NCBI GenBank assembly: GCA_963723515.1
Contig: CAVRQT010000002.1
Coordinates: forward strand, 192,001-256,000
Reading direction: 5' to 3'
Origin: Vulcanimicrobiota bacterium
GTDB lineage: Bacteria; Vulcanimicrobiota; Vulcanimicrobiia; Vulcanimicrobiales; Vulcanimicrobiaceae
Length of the DNA stretch: 64,000 bases
The notes under the pieces are model-generated. The model searched no databases, was not told the origin of the DNA, and saw only the letters and a program-made list of their open reading frames with translations. This document shows, one piece after another, positions 48,495 through 58,610 of the stretch (position 1 is the stretch's first letter; the number at the start of each line of letters is the position of its first letter). A program made the position numbers and the translations under genes.

Positions 48495-49961
48495 CTAATT
48501 CAATTGGTAGGCGGGCATGGCCATCGTGAGATAAGCCGCGCCCCGCACGCGTTCTGGGTAATTCTCTCCGGAGAGCATTCCGAGCGCCGAAGTGTTGACG
48601 CCGTTCAAATAGTTCTGCACCTTGGCAACAGCAGCGGGCGATGCGTCATTTTGTAAGATCGTGCGAATCAATTGCCGCGTCGCTTGCGGGGCGCTCATGG
48701 GCACGTTGGTGAGCCAACCTGAGTTGGCCATCGACGGCGAGTTTGTCAGCGCGGTCGCGAAGTTTTCCCGCGCGATCATCATCTGCGTCGTCAGCCAACC
48801 GCTCCCGCCCGGCCAGCCGGCGACATTCGGCGGATAGAAGAGAACCTGCCCCATCTGCACGAGCGCGCGCTGCGCGGTTACATCGATCTGGTTCAGGCCG
48901 AACAACTTGTAGGACCCGATGACGAATTCGACCGGGCTCTTGACGAGCGCACGGTAGGCGCGGTCCGAGAAGAAGACGTTACTTCGAAAGATTCGCGAGA
49001 GGACCGGCGCGACGTTGAAATCGTTCTTGCGCAGCAGCGCTGCCACGCCATTGACGAGCGCCGGTTCCGGATCGTTGTAAACGAAGAAGTTCAGTAAGGA
49101 CGATGCGAAAAATCGCGCCGCGGCCGGTTGCTGAAAGATCGTGTTGACGATGTCATCGCCGGTGAAGTTGCCGGTTCGCCCGAGGAAATGCTTTAGGCCG
49201 TCGTCGTGGATGCGCGCAACGTCCATAAATTGGCCGGTACGCCGGTCGATAGTCCATCCGGTGAAGGCGCGCGCCGACTCGCGGATGTCTTGCTCAGTAT
49301 AGTTTCCGTGCCCGAGCGTGAAGAGCTCCATCAGCTCGCGCGCGTAGTTTTCATTGGGATGCGCCTTGACGCTGGTCGCGTTGTCGAGATACAGGAGCAT
49401 CGCCGGATCTTTTGAGACGTTGCGCGTGAGCTCGCGCACGTTTCCGAGCGCGTAGTTACGGAAGAGTTGGTTTTGCTGGTAGATGTACGAAGGCCAAACG
49501 CCTTTTTGGATCGCCGCGCTCGTGAAGTGACCGTGAAAGTAGAACGTCATCTTCTCTTGCAGCGGCGCGGGCGTCGTCAACATGCGCTGCAGCCACCACT
49601 GCTGGAGCGAGACGATCGAATCGCGGGAACGGCGGCGCACATCCATCAACAGTTGCCGACGCGAGCTTTCGTCCATCATCATCGCGCCGGGCCGCGCGCG
49701 CGCAAGCGGCAAAATGCCCGCACTGTAGGGATCGAAGACGTTATCCGGTTGCGGAAGATCGGCGGTCGAAGGGAAGTGAACCAGGGACTCGACCGCATCA
49801 CCGAGGCGCATCTGCGCGAGACGGGCGATCTCAGACGGCGTCCCGCCGAATCCGGCGCGCCGAAGGAGATGCGCCGCTAAGCGCTGATTCCATGGCCCAT
49901 TGTAGGGCGAGAGGGCCGTCGCGATATCGACGGATCCCGCGGGTCGGTTCGAACCTGCCAT
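48495..49961 (-). CDS. DUF1800 domain protein
   Basis: AHLLRRAGFG, AMLLYLDN, PNENYARELMELFTLG, PPNVAGW. Confidence 0.93.
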   Translation of the reverse strand: MAGSNRPAGSVDIATALSPYNGPWNQRLAAHLLRRAGFGGTPSEIARLAQMRLGDAVESLVHFPSTADLPQPDNVFDPYSAGILPLARARPGAMMMDESSRRQLLMDVRRRSRDSIVSLQQWWLQRMLTTPAPLQEKMTFYFHGHFTSAAIQKGVWPSYIYQQNQLFRNYALGNVRELTRNVSKDPAMLLYLDNATSVKAHPNENYARELMELFTLGHGNYTEQDIRESARAFTGWTIDRRTGQFMDVARIHDDGLKHFLGRTGNFTGDDIVNTIFQQPAAARFFASSLLNFFVYNDPEPALVNGVAALLRKNDFNVAPVLSRIFRSNVFFSDRAYRALVKSPVEFVIGSYKLFGLNQIDVTAQRALVQMGQVLFYPPNVAGWPGGSGWLTTQMMIARENFATALTNSPSMANSGWLTNVPMSAPQATRQLIRTILQNDASPAAVAKVQNYLNGVNTSALGMLSGENYPERVRGAAYLTMAMPAYQLN

Positions 49962-50128
49962 CTGTTGCTACCCTGCCAGAACGCGTTTGTTCTAGTGTAA
50001 CGAATTTGTGCCGCTTTTCATCGGCCGAGGCGACACATCTAACCACCGATTCACACGCAAGCGCACCGACATTAAACGAAGATTAGAGAGGACGCCGCAA
50101 AAAGGCGTAGGAAGTCGAAAAGCGCTTT

Positions 50129-51712
50129 ATGGCAATCGTTGAAACGCGTCTCGAGAGAACGAGCGCCGCGTACCCGCAGAACTTCGAACGCCTGAGCGGG
50201 CTTGTCGACGAGCTGCGGGAGGCGCTGATTGCCGTCCGCGCGGGCGGCGGCCCGGAAGCGACCGCAAAGCATCGCAACCGCGGCAAGCTGACGGCTCGCG
50301 AACGAATCGACCAGCTTATCGATCCGGGCGCGCCGTTTTTGGAGTTCAGTTCGCTGGCAGCGCACGGGATGTACGACAACCAATGTCCCTCGGCCGGTAT
50401 CGTCACGGGGATCGGCGTCGTTGAAGGTCAGGATTGCATCATCGTCGCCAACGACGCCACCGTCAAAGGCGGCACTTACTACCCCATCACCGTCAAAAAG
50501 CATCTGCGCGCGCAAGAGGTTGCCGAGCAAAACCACCTGCCCTGCATCTATCTCGTCGATTCAGGCGGCGCTTTCTTACCGCTGCAAGCGGACGTCTTTC
50601 CCGATCGCGAGCACTTCGGGCGCATCTTTTACAATCAAGCGCGCATGTCGAGCCAGAAAATTCCGCAGATCGCCGCCGTCATGGGCTCTTGCACGGCGGG
50701 CGGTGCCTACGTTCCGGCGATGTCCGACGAAACGGTTATCGTCAAAGAACGCGGCACCATCTTCCTTGCCGGTCCGCCGCTTGTGGCGGCAGCAACGGGC
50801 GAGCAAGTCACGGCAGAGGAGCTGGGCGGCGCCGACGTTCACACGCGAATTTCCGGCGTCGCGGATCATTTTGCCAACGATGACGTGCAGGCGCTGGCCA
50901 TCGTTCGCTCGATCGTTTCAAACTTGCATCGCGAGATGCCGCGCTGGTGGGACACAGTAACGCCGCAGCCGCCGGCATACGACCCGCAGGAGATCTACGG
51001 CATCGTTCCTAGCGATCCGCGCATCGGCTATGACGTCCGGGAAGTGATCGCGCGAATCATTGACGGTTCCGATTTCGCAGAATTCAAAGCCCGATTCGGA
51101 ACGACGCTGGTCTGCGGATTCGCGCGCATCGAAGGGCATCCGATCGGGATCCTCGCGAACAACGGCATCCTCTTCAGCGAGAGTTCGCATAAAGGGGCGC
51201 ACTTCATCGAGCTTTGCGCACAACGCGGCACGCCGCTGCTGTTCTTGCAAAACATTACCGGTTTTATGGTCGGCAAGGAATACGAGAATCGCGGCATCGC
51301 AAAAGATGGCGCGAAGCTCGTGACCGCCGTTGCTTGCGCTGAAGTGCCGAAGTTTACCGTGATCATCGGCGGCAGCTTCGGCGCCGGGAACTATGGGATG
51401 TGCGGTCGCGCCTACTCGCCACGCCAACTGTGGATGTGGCCGAACGCGCGCATCTCCGTCATGGGCGGTCCACAAGCCGCGAGCGTTCTTTCAACGGTCA
51501 AAGGCGAGATGACGCCGGAACAACGCGCGAAATTCGAACAGCCAATTCTCGAGAAGTACGAGCGCGAAGGCAGCCCGTATTACTCGACGGCGCGCTTGTG
51601 GGACGACGGCATTATCGATCCGCTCGACACGCGCAAAGTGATCGCGCTCGGCTTGCAAGCCGCTTCCCACGCACCGCAACGCGAGACGCGCTTCGGCATC
51701 TTTCGAATGTAG
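50129..51712 (+). CDS. liuB: 3-methylcrotonyl-CoA carboxylase beta (carboxyltransferase) subunit
   Basis: [49 protein letters not shown]. Confidence 0.92.
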   Translation: MAIVETRLERTSAAYPQNFERLSGLVDELREALIAVRAGGGPEATAKHRNRGKLTARERIDQLIDPGAPFLEFSSLAAHGMYDNQCPSAGIVTGIGVVEGQDCIIVANDATVKGGTYYPITVKKHLRAQEVAEQNHLPCIYLVDSGGAFLPLQADVFPDREHFGRIFYNQARMSSQKIPQIAAVMGSCTAGGAYVPAMSDETVIVKERGTIFLAGPPLVAAATGEQVTAEELGGADVHTRISGVADHFANDDVQALAIVRSIVSNLHREMPRWWDTVTPQPPAYDPQEIYGIVPSDPRIGYDVREVIARIIDGSDFAEFKARFGTTLVCGFARIEGHPIGILANNGILFSESSHKGAHFIELCAQRGTPLLFLQNITGFMVGKEYENRGIAKDGAKLVTAVACAEVPKFTVIIGGSFGAGNYGMCGRAYSPRQLWMWPNARISVMGGPQAASVLSTVKGEMTPEQRAKFEQPILEKYEREGSPYYSTARLWDDGIIDPLDTRKVIALGLQAASHAPQRETRFGIFRM

Positions 51713-51717
51713 CCCGG

Positions 51718-52461
51718 TTAAGGGCGAGGTGTTTGCAGCGATCCCGGACTTGGAAGCGGCGATTTAAAGATCGATGCCGGACTCGGTGTCATCTTTGGAA
51801 TCGGTCCAATAACGCGCGCGCGAGCCATTCCGCGAACCGTTAAGTTAAAGTAGGCTGGATGTAAGGTCCAGCGCCCGGCGCCGTACGCCAAAATCGCTCG
51901 CGCACGCGGTTGTGTCGGACAACATAACGCGGCCGTGGCATTGTAATACGGGCCGTTCAAGACGATTGTATTTCCCTGAATCTGCGCGGAAAGATCGCAT
52001 GGATTGGAGACCTGCGCGGCAACTCGAACGGTTCCGGCGCCCGGAACGGCGCGTAGAACAGAGAGCGCCGAACTGCCGCAGTCGGCACCCGCTTGATGCA
52101 CGAGAACGGCTGCTTCTTGTCGTCCAGCCCCCATAAACTCACCTTTGCCGATTAAGCGCAAGTCAACGGTCGGCAAAAACAGATCTGCGCCCGGCACTTT
52201 TTGCCGCCTTGGGACGAGCGCCAACGCGTCGCGTGCTGACGGCGATTGATAGATCTCCGTAAAACCGTCGCCGCGTTGCGCGTAAATCGTTAAATACGGT
52301 TGCCACTGTGAGTTCGTCAGCCGAAGCCGGCTCGCCACGAGCTGGTAACGGCTGTTCATCGCTTCACCGATGAGGTACGCGGTCATCGACTGCGTGACCG
52401 CGCCGGGCGGCGACGGATGATACATTTGTGCGAATGCAGCGGTAGTGCAAGCGACCGCCAA
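51718..52461 (-). CDS. Secreted Cys-containing hypothetical protein
   Basis: Signal peptide; GADCG, NPCD and ALCCP motifs; Pro-rich tail. Confidence 0.7.
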   Translation of the reverse strand: MAVACTTAAFAQMYHPSPPGAVTQSMTAYLIGEAMNSRYQLVASRLRLTNSQWQPYLTIYAQRGDGFTEIYQSPSARDALALVPRRQKVPGADLFLPTVDLRLIGKGEFMGAGRQEAAVLVHQAGADCGSSALSVLRAVPGAGTVRVAAQVSNPCDLSAQIQGNTIVLNGPYYNATAALCCPTQPRARAILAYGAGRWTLHPAYFNLTVRGMARARVIGPIPKMTPSPASIFKSPLPSPGSLQTPRP

Positions 52462-52509
52462 GATAATGGGCAGCGCGACGCTTTGTGACGCCTGCGGCGT
52501 TTTTCCTAA

Positions 52510-52561
52510 GTCACACTTCGACGCTTCGTCACTGCTCAGCGCAGGCTTGCTCAGTGTGACA
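52510..52561. repeat. REP-like family 2 composite hairpin
   Basis: GTCACAC-TTCGAC...GCTCA-GTGTGAC, same termini as the copy at 47185. Confidence 0.7.
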
Positions 52562-52587
52562 CTGGGACTGCTGCGGGTGACACGTCC

Positions 52588-53325
52588 TTAAATCCCTGCG
52601 TACCATTCATAGCCTTGGTCCTCCCAGTAGCCGCCGTGTCCGGAAAAAATTGTGGCAAATGAAGCGACGACCTCTATGCGCGCGACCCACTTGGCACTCT
52701 TGTAGCCTAATTGCGTCGGAACGCGCAAGCGCAGCGGCGCGCCGTGATCGGCGTCGAGCGGCTTGTCGTTGAGATCCAGCACGAGCAGCGCTTGCGGATG
52801 CCGTGCTTGATGCAAATCCAAACTCTCATAGTATGGCAGCCCTTCGGGCGAGCGGTCCATGCAATGGAAGACGACATAGCGCGCTTCCGGCCGCGGCTGC
52901 GCTAGGTCAAGCACATCGCGCAATCGCACGCCGCGGAACTTTCCGATCGCGCTCCAGCCCTCAACGCAATCGTGACGCGTTATATTTGTCTGCAACGGCA
53001 TGCTGCGCAGTTGAGAAAGCGAAAGCCGCTGCCGCCGTTCGACCGCGCCGTCCACGACCAAGCGATAGGCGCGATAATTGGTGTGCATCAGCATGGCGTA
53101 GTGTGCGTCCATCGGCGTATCAAAGCCGTTGACGCGAAAACTACGATCGATATCTGCGTCACGGTACTCTTTAGCGAGTCCATGCGTACCGAGCAGCGCC
53201 CGGTTGAGCGGTTCTGCTGCGTTCAGCACGTCCCGGAAGCGAGTGTCGTTCAGGCGTGTCCCTATTGCCGAGCAGCCGGCGAGCGCGGCAGAAAGCGATG
53301 AGGCAATGAAGAGCTGGCGCTTCAT
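52588..53325 (-). CDS. Molybdopterin-dependent oxidoreductase (sulfite oxidase / MsrP-like), lipoprotein
   Basis: TRHDCVEGWS, HGAPLRLRVP, GYKSAKW, GGYWEDQGY; lipobox LAGC. Confidence 0.9.
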   Translation of the reverse strand: MKRQLFIASSLSAALAGCSAIGTRLNDTRFRDVLNAAEPLNRALLGTHGLAKEYRDADIDRSFRVNGFDTPMDAHYAMLMHTNYRAYRLVVDGAVERRQRLSLSQLRSMPLQTNITRHDCVEGWSAIGKFRGVRLRDVLDLAQPRPEARYVVFHCMDRSPEGLPYYESLDLHQARHPQALLVLDLNDKPLDADHGAPLRLRVPTQLGYKSAKWVARIEVVASFATIFSGHGGYWEDQGYEWYAGI

Positions 53326-54126
53326 ATTCCGGTTCCATCATGAACGCCCAAGCGGTACCAACCGGTGACCATCGAGCGAAGGTGGTTGATGACGCCCGTC
53401 GTTGCAACGAGCACCAGATGCGTCGCAAAGAAAGCGATCAAAAGCAGCATGATAGACGAAGTGCCAAAGCCGCGCAAACTGACGTCCGCCGAAAAGAACC
53501 GTAATCGGATGAAATGTCGCATCGAATGAGGGCGAGAGAGCGAGGCCCGTTAAGACGATCAACGGCGCCAGCACGAAGAGCACCGTCGTGTACGCAAGCT
53601 TTTGCAGCGGGTTGTACTTGCCGTGCGGCGGCGGCTCTTTACGTATGCGCAAGTAGTAGAGTTGCATCGGTAAGATTTTCGGAATATCGGCGCGTCTGAG
53701 AATCAGCTCGCGGAGATCACCGCGCAATAGGCCGACGATCACATACAGCAGGCCGCCGATCGCCATGATCCACGCGAAGAACAGATGCCACCGTCTTCCG
53801 TCGGAGAGCGCTTGATACGACGGAATCGTGAGCCAACCCGGAAAGGCGCGATCCGTCTTGCCGCCCATTCCATCGTCGGTGTATCCGAGAAAGCCGGTCG
53901 TTACAAATCGATGGCCGAAGATCGTCGTGATTCCCATATGGGATTCCGTCGAGTCAATCGAAAGCACGCGCCGCGCCGGATTGCTCTTATCCGAAGCGTC
54001 GAGATACGGCGCTGCGTTGAAGATCTGCAAACCGCTGCTGATCAGTGCCAAGAACGCAAGGAAGAACGCCCAATGCGTAAGCCGTGTCGTCAAGGAGTGG
54101 CGATAGACCGCTGCGCGCTGCTCCAT
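53322..54126 (-). CDS. Cytochrome b/b6-domain membrane subunit (YdhU-like; apparent frameshift at the 3' end)
   Basis: RLTHW, SGLQIFNA, RRWHLFFAW, KYNPLQKLAY, ARLWHF. Confidence 0.88.
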
Positions 54127-54179
54127 CGCGACTATCTTAGCATAGGCGGTGACACGCAACGCCGAGAAGCTCGCGCGCA

Positions 54180-54959
54180 ATGCCCGAGCCAATTCTCGAA
54201 ATCTCGACCACCGAATCGGTCGCGCACGTCACGCTCAATCGCCCGGAAGTACGCAATGCATTTAATGCAGAGCTTATCGCGGAGCTGCGTCGCGCGTTCG
54301 AGCGGCTCTCGAACGACGATGCGCTTCGCGCCGTCATTTTGTCCGGCGCGGGCAAGACGTTCTGCGGCGGTGCGGACATCAACTGGATGCGCGACTCGCT
54401 GGAGCTTTCACATCAAGAGAACGTTTCAGACGCCAAACGGATGTCCGAGATGTTCACCACGATCGACCGTTGTTCTCGGCCGGTCATCGCGCGCGTCCAT
54501 GGTGCGGCCCTCGGCGGCGGTTCCGGCTTGGTCGCAGTCTGCGACGTCGCCATCGCGGCCGACGATGCGCTCTTCGGTTTTACCGAAACCAAACTCGGCA
54601 TCTTGCCGGCCGTCATCTCGCCATTTGTCATCCGCAAGATCGGCGTCTCTTACGCGCGCGCACTGTTTCTGACGGGAGAGCGCTTCGGCGCCGAGCGCGC
54701 CGCAAGCATCGGCCTCATCCACGAAGTCGTTCGCTTTGAGGATCTCGATACCGCGGTCGATCGGGTCGTCGATGAGATCAAGACCGGTGGGCGAGACGCG
54801 ATCGCTCTCGCCAAGAAGACGATTTTTGATGTGACGGCCGATCCGCGGAATGCGCGAGAAATCACCGCGCAAGCGATCGCGCAACAGCGCACGAGCCCCG
54901 AAGGCCAAGAGGGGTTGCGGGCGTTCTTGGAGCGGCGCAAACCGAAGTGGTCGCTATGA
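54180..54959 (+). CDS. liuC: Enoyl-CoA hydratase family, probable methylglutaconyl-CoA hydratase
   Basis: LNRPEVRNAFN, FCGGADINWM, ETKLGILPAVISP; leucine catabolism context. Confidence 0.85.
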   Translation: MPEPILEISTTESVAHVTLNRPEVRNAFNAELIAELRRAFERLSNDDALRAVILSGAGKTFCGGADINWMRDSLELSHQENVSDAKRMSEMFTTIDRCSRPVIARVHGAALGGGSGLVAVCDVAIAADDALFGFTETKLGILPAVISPFVIRKIGVSYARALFLTGERFGAERAASIGLIHEVVRFEDLDTAVDRVVDEIKTGGRDAIALAKKTIFDVTADPRNAREITAQAIAQQRTSPEGQEGLRAFLERRKPKWSL

Positions 54960-56891
54960 TTGGGCGTCTGCTCATCGCGAACCGCGGCGAGATCGCGGTA
55001 CGCATTGCCCGCGGCGCGCGAGAACTCGACATCGAGCCCCTTGGAGTGTACTCCGAAGCCGACCGCAACTCGATGCATCTCGATTTCATGGCGGACTCAG
55101 CCTGCATCGGGCCGCCCGCCGTGACGGCTTCCTACCTTAATATGGCCGCAATTCTGGATGCGGCACGGGCGCTTCATGCGGACGCAATCCACCCCGGCTA
55201 TGGCTTTCTCTCGGAGCGGCCGCAGTTTGCCGAAGCGGTGCGTGAGGCCGGATTGATCTTCGTCGGTCCGTCCCCTGAGGCGATGGCCGCGATGGGCAGC
55301 AAGCGCCGTGCCAAGGCGCTTGCGCGTGAGAACAGCGTTCCGGTCGTTCCCGGCTATGACGGCGACGATCAGAACGCCGCGCGACTGGCGTCGGAAGCGA
55401 GCCGAATCGGTACGCCGCTATTGATCAAGGCGAGCGGTGGCGGCGGCGGCCGCGGAATGCGGGTCGTGAACGACTTGAACACGTTCGACGAGGCGCTGCA
55501 AAGCGCGCGCCGCGAAGCGCAAGCCGCTTTCGGCGACGATACCGTCTTGCTCGAGCGCTATCTTCAAGATCCGCGGCACATAGAATTCCAAATCTTAGCT
55601 GACTCACACGGAAATATCGTGCACCTGGGCGAGCGTGAATGCTCGATTCAGCGCCGCCACCAGAAAATGGTCGAGGAAGCACCGTCATCGGCCGTTTCTT
55701 CAGCAATTGCGTACGGCGATGGGAGAGTCGGCGGTGCGCATTGCGCGTGCAGTCGGGTATGTCAATGCCGGAACGCTCGAATTCATGCTCGACCGCGACG
55801 GAAATTTCTATTTCTTAGAGATGAACACCCGACTGCAAGTCGAGCATCCCGTAACCGAACTTGTCTACGATCTCGATCTCGTTCACTGGCAACTGCGAAT
55901 TGCAAACGGAGAGCGATTGACGTTCGGTCAAGACGATGTTGCGCCACGAGGCTCAGCAATCGAGGCCCGGATTTACGCCGAAGATCCGTACAACAACATG
56001 CTTCCGTCCACCGGTACGATATCGGTGTGGCAGCCGGCGGCCGGACCAGGCGTTCGCGTTGATTCCGGCGTTCAAGCGGGCAGCAACGTCTCGATGTACT
56101 ACGATCCGATGCTCGCGAAGCTCATTGTGTGGGGCGAAAATCGATCGACGGCCATCAAACGGATGCAGTATGCGCTGAACTGCTTTACGATCGCCGGCGT
56201 CCAGAGCAACATTCCGCTGCTTTCCTGGATCGCGTCAAATCAAGCGTTCATCGACGGCAACACAACGACGTCGTTCTTGGACGAAGAGTTGTCCGATGAT
56301 CTCTTTGCGCAGCGCGCGCCGCCGTCTGCGCAGACGCTTGCCCTGGCGAGCGCTGCGGCATTGCAAAACGGTTCTGCCGGCTGGCGCCTTGGCGCGGTCG
56401 GAGTTCCGCTTCGCTTCGCCTATGGCGATCGCATGTATGCAATTGACGCCTCGCGCAGCGCTGAGTCGACATGGAAACTGCAGGGCGATCTCCAGGGCAC
56501 AATGACGATACGGCATGCGGGGCCGGCGCTCGACGTGCAACTTGAAGACAAAAGGATCCAAGGGGTCGCAGTCGCCGATTCCGACGGCGTTGAGGTGCTC
56601 CGCGATGGAGAGCGTCATCAATTGCGCCTTGCGCCGCCGCCTTCAATGGAGCAGCGCGCGCATGCCGGCGGCGGTACCGGCGGCGCCATCGTTGCACCGA
56701 TGCCCGGGCGCATCATCAAAGTTTCCGTTGAAGCCGGTGAGGCTGTCGGAGAACACGCACTGCTGATGGTTCTTGAAGCGATGAAGATGGAGCATCGAAT
56801 CGAGACCTCAGCCGCCGGTAGCGTCAAGCGCGTTCTCGTGAAAGACGGCGAACTGGTGACTGCCGGCGCCCCGCTCGTTGAAATCGAGTAG
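54956..56891 (+). CDS. liuD: 3-methylcrotonyl-CoA carboxylase alpha subunit (biotin carboxylase plus carrier; apparent frameshift near 55700)
   Basis: IANRGEIA, HPGYGFLSE, ECSIQRRHQK, EMNTRLQVEHP, EAMKME. Confidence 0.9.
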
Positions 56892-56895
56892 CGGC

Positions 56896-57696
56896 ATGCA
56901 AGAACGCACGTTATTCATGGTTCCCGGCTACAACGAGCCGCCGCGGCACTTTGAAATCTTGCAACATGGTCGCGGCGGCATCGCCGGACTCGAATCGTAC
57001 GGCTTTCGTTGCGTGACCTTCCCGCCCCAAGCGGATAACTTGCGCGACCGAATCGACCGCTTTGCAGACCATATCGACATGTTGCGCGAGAGCGGTCATC
57101 ACTTTCCGATTGCGACCGTCGGATACTCGCTCGGCGGCTTGGTCGTGCGCGGTTTTCTTCGCGCCTATCCCGAGCGTGCAAAAGAGATCAGCCACACGAT
57201 CATGATTGCTACGCCGAACTGGGGCGTAACGGTGCTTGAGATGCCGCACATCACGCGCATGCTACGCATCCCCGACCAAGCGATGGGCGACATGGATCTG
57301 CAGTCGGATTTCATGCGCTGGCTGAACAAGACGAGCGGACATTGGGAAATCGTTCACGACAAACGCAATCGGCTCTGGCACCTCGATGCCGAACCCTTCG
57401 TTGCGCCGCCCGACGCGGCGCTTCTCTCGATCGTCGGGCTGATTCCGCAGCGCGGCGGCGACAATGACGGCCTCGTTTGGTCGGATTCGGCGACTCTGGA
57501 CGGCCGAATTCCGGCGCACTTTATCGTCGGTCCGCATTGCAACCACATGAACATCATCGGGCACTTCGACGTCATGATCATGCTGAGCAAAGGTTTCTTG
57601 CGCAACGATCGGGTTTGGCCGCTCACGCTTGAGGCGATGCTGAAGTTTCTCAGAACCGACGTAACGCAACCGTTGGCAACGGCGCGACCGTCATGA
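56896..57696 (+). CDS. Alpha/beta hydrolase (lipase/esterase-like)
   Basis: GYSLGG nucleophile elbow, IATPNWG, NDGLV, NHMN. Confidence 0.82.
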   Translation: MQERTLFMVPGYNEPPRHFEILQHGRGGIAGLESYGFRCVTFPPQADNLRDRIDRFADHIDMLRESGHHFPIATVGYSLGGLVVRGFLRAYPERAKEISHTIMIATPNWGVTVLEMPHITRMLRIPDQAMGDMDLQSDFMRWLNKTSGHWEIVHDKRNRLWHLDAEPFVAPPDAALLSIVGLIPQRGGDNDGLVWSDSATLDGRIPAHFIVGPHCNHMNIIGHFDVMIMLSKGFLRNDRVWPLTLEAMLKFLRTDVTQPLATARPS

Positions 57697-58610
57697 GCAA
57701 CGTGGCGGTTCCAAAACGCGTGAAGGTCTGCGAGGTCGGACCACGCGATGGCCTACAAAACGAAAGCGTTACGGTGGCGGCGGACGTGAAGGTTCGCTAC
57801 ATCGATCTGCTTTCGCAGAGCGGCTTGCAGATGATTGAAGCGACATCGTTTGTTAGCCCGAAAGCGATTCCGCAACTGGCGGATTCGGCCGAGGTCTTCC
57901 GTTCGATTCAAAAACGGCCCGGCGTACGATACGTTGTACTCTGTCCAAACCTTCGGGGGTTGGAACGCGCGCGTGAAGCGGGCGCCGATTCGATCGCCGT
58001 CTTCACTGCCGCAAGCGAAACGTTTACGAAGCGCAACATCAACATGACGATTGACGAATCGCTGCGGGTGTTCGGCGAAGTGATTCGCGAGGCGCGTTCT
58101 GGGGGCATGTGGGTGCGCGGATACATCTCGACCGCCTTCGGTTGTCCTTACGAAGGTGCCGTCCCGATCGATCGGGTCCTCAAAGTGACCAGCGCGCTCT
58201 TCGAATTAGGCTGCGATGAGATTTCAATCGGCGACACGATCGGCGTTGGTGTACCGACGCAAGTCGATGCGCTGATCCCACGCCTAGCGCAATCCATTCC
58301 TCTCGAACGAATTGCGCTGCATTTTCACGACACGCGCGGCACGGCGCTCGCAAATGTCCATGCTGCATTGCAGCATGGCGTTGCGATCTTCGATTCGTCT
58401 GCCGGCGGCCTCGGCGGCTGTCCGTATGCACCCGGCGCTTCAGGCAATCTCGGAACCGAAGATCTGCTTTACATGCTGCACGGCATGGGGATCGAGACGG
58501 GTGTCGATCTGGCTCAAGTGCGCGCTGCTTCTCGGTTTATCGCCGGTGCGCTCGACCACGCCCCGACTTCAAAAACGTTCTTGGCGCTCGAAGCCGCTTC
58601 TAGCGCTTGA
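57693..58610 (+). CDS. liuE: Hydroxymethylglutaryl-CoA lyase
   Basis: EVGPRDGLQNE, GDTIG, HFHDTRG, GGCPYAPGASGN. Confidence 0.95.
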   Translation: MSNVAVPKRVKVCEVGPRDGLQNESVTVAADVKVRYIDLLSQSGLQMIEATSFVSPKAIPQLADSAEVFRSIQKRPGVRYVVLCPNLRGLERAREAGADSIAVFTAASETFTKRNINMTIDESLRVFGEVIREARSGGMWVRGYISTAFGCPYEGAVPIDRVLKVTSALFELGCDEISIGDTIGVGVPTQVDALIPRLAQSIPLERIALHFHDTRGTALANVHAALQHGVAIFDSSAGGLGGCPYAPGASGNLGTEDLLYMLHGMGIETGVDLAQVRAASRFIAGALDHAPTSKTFLALEAASSA

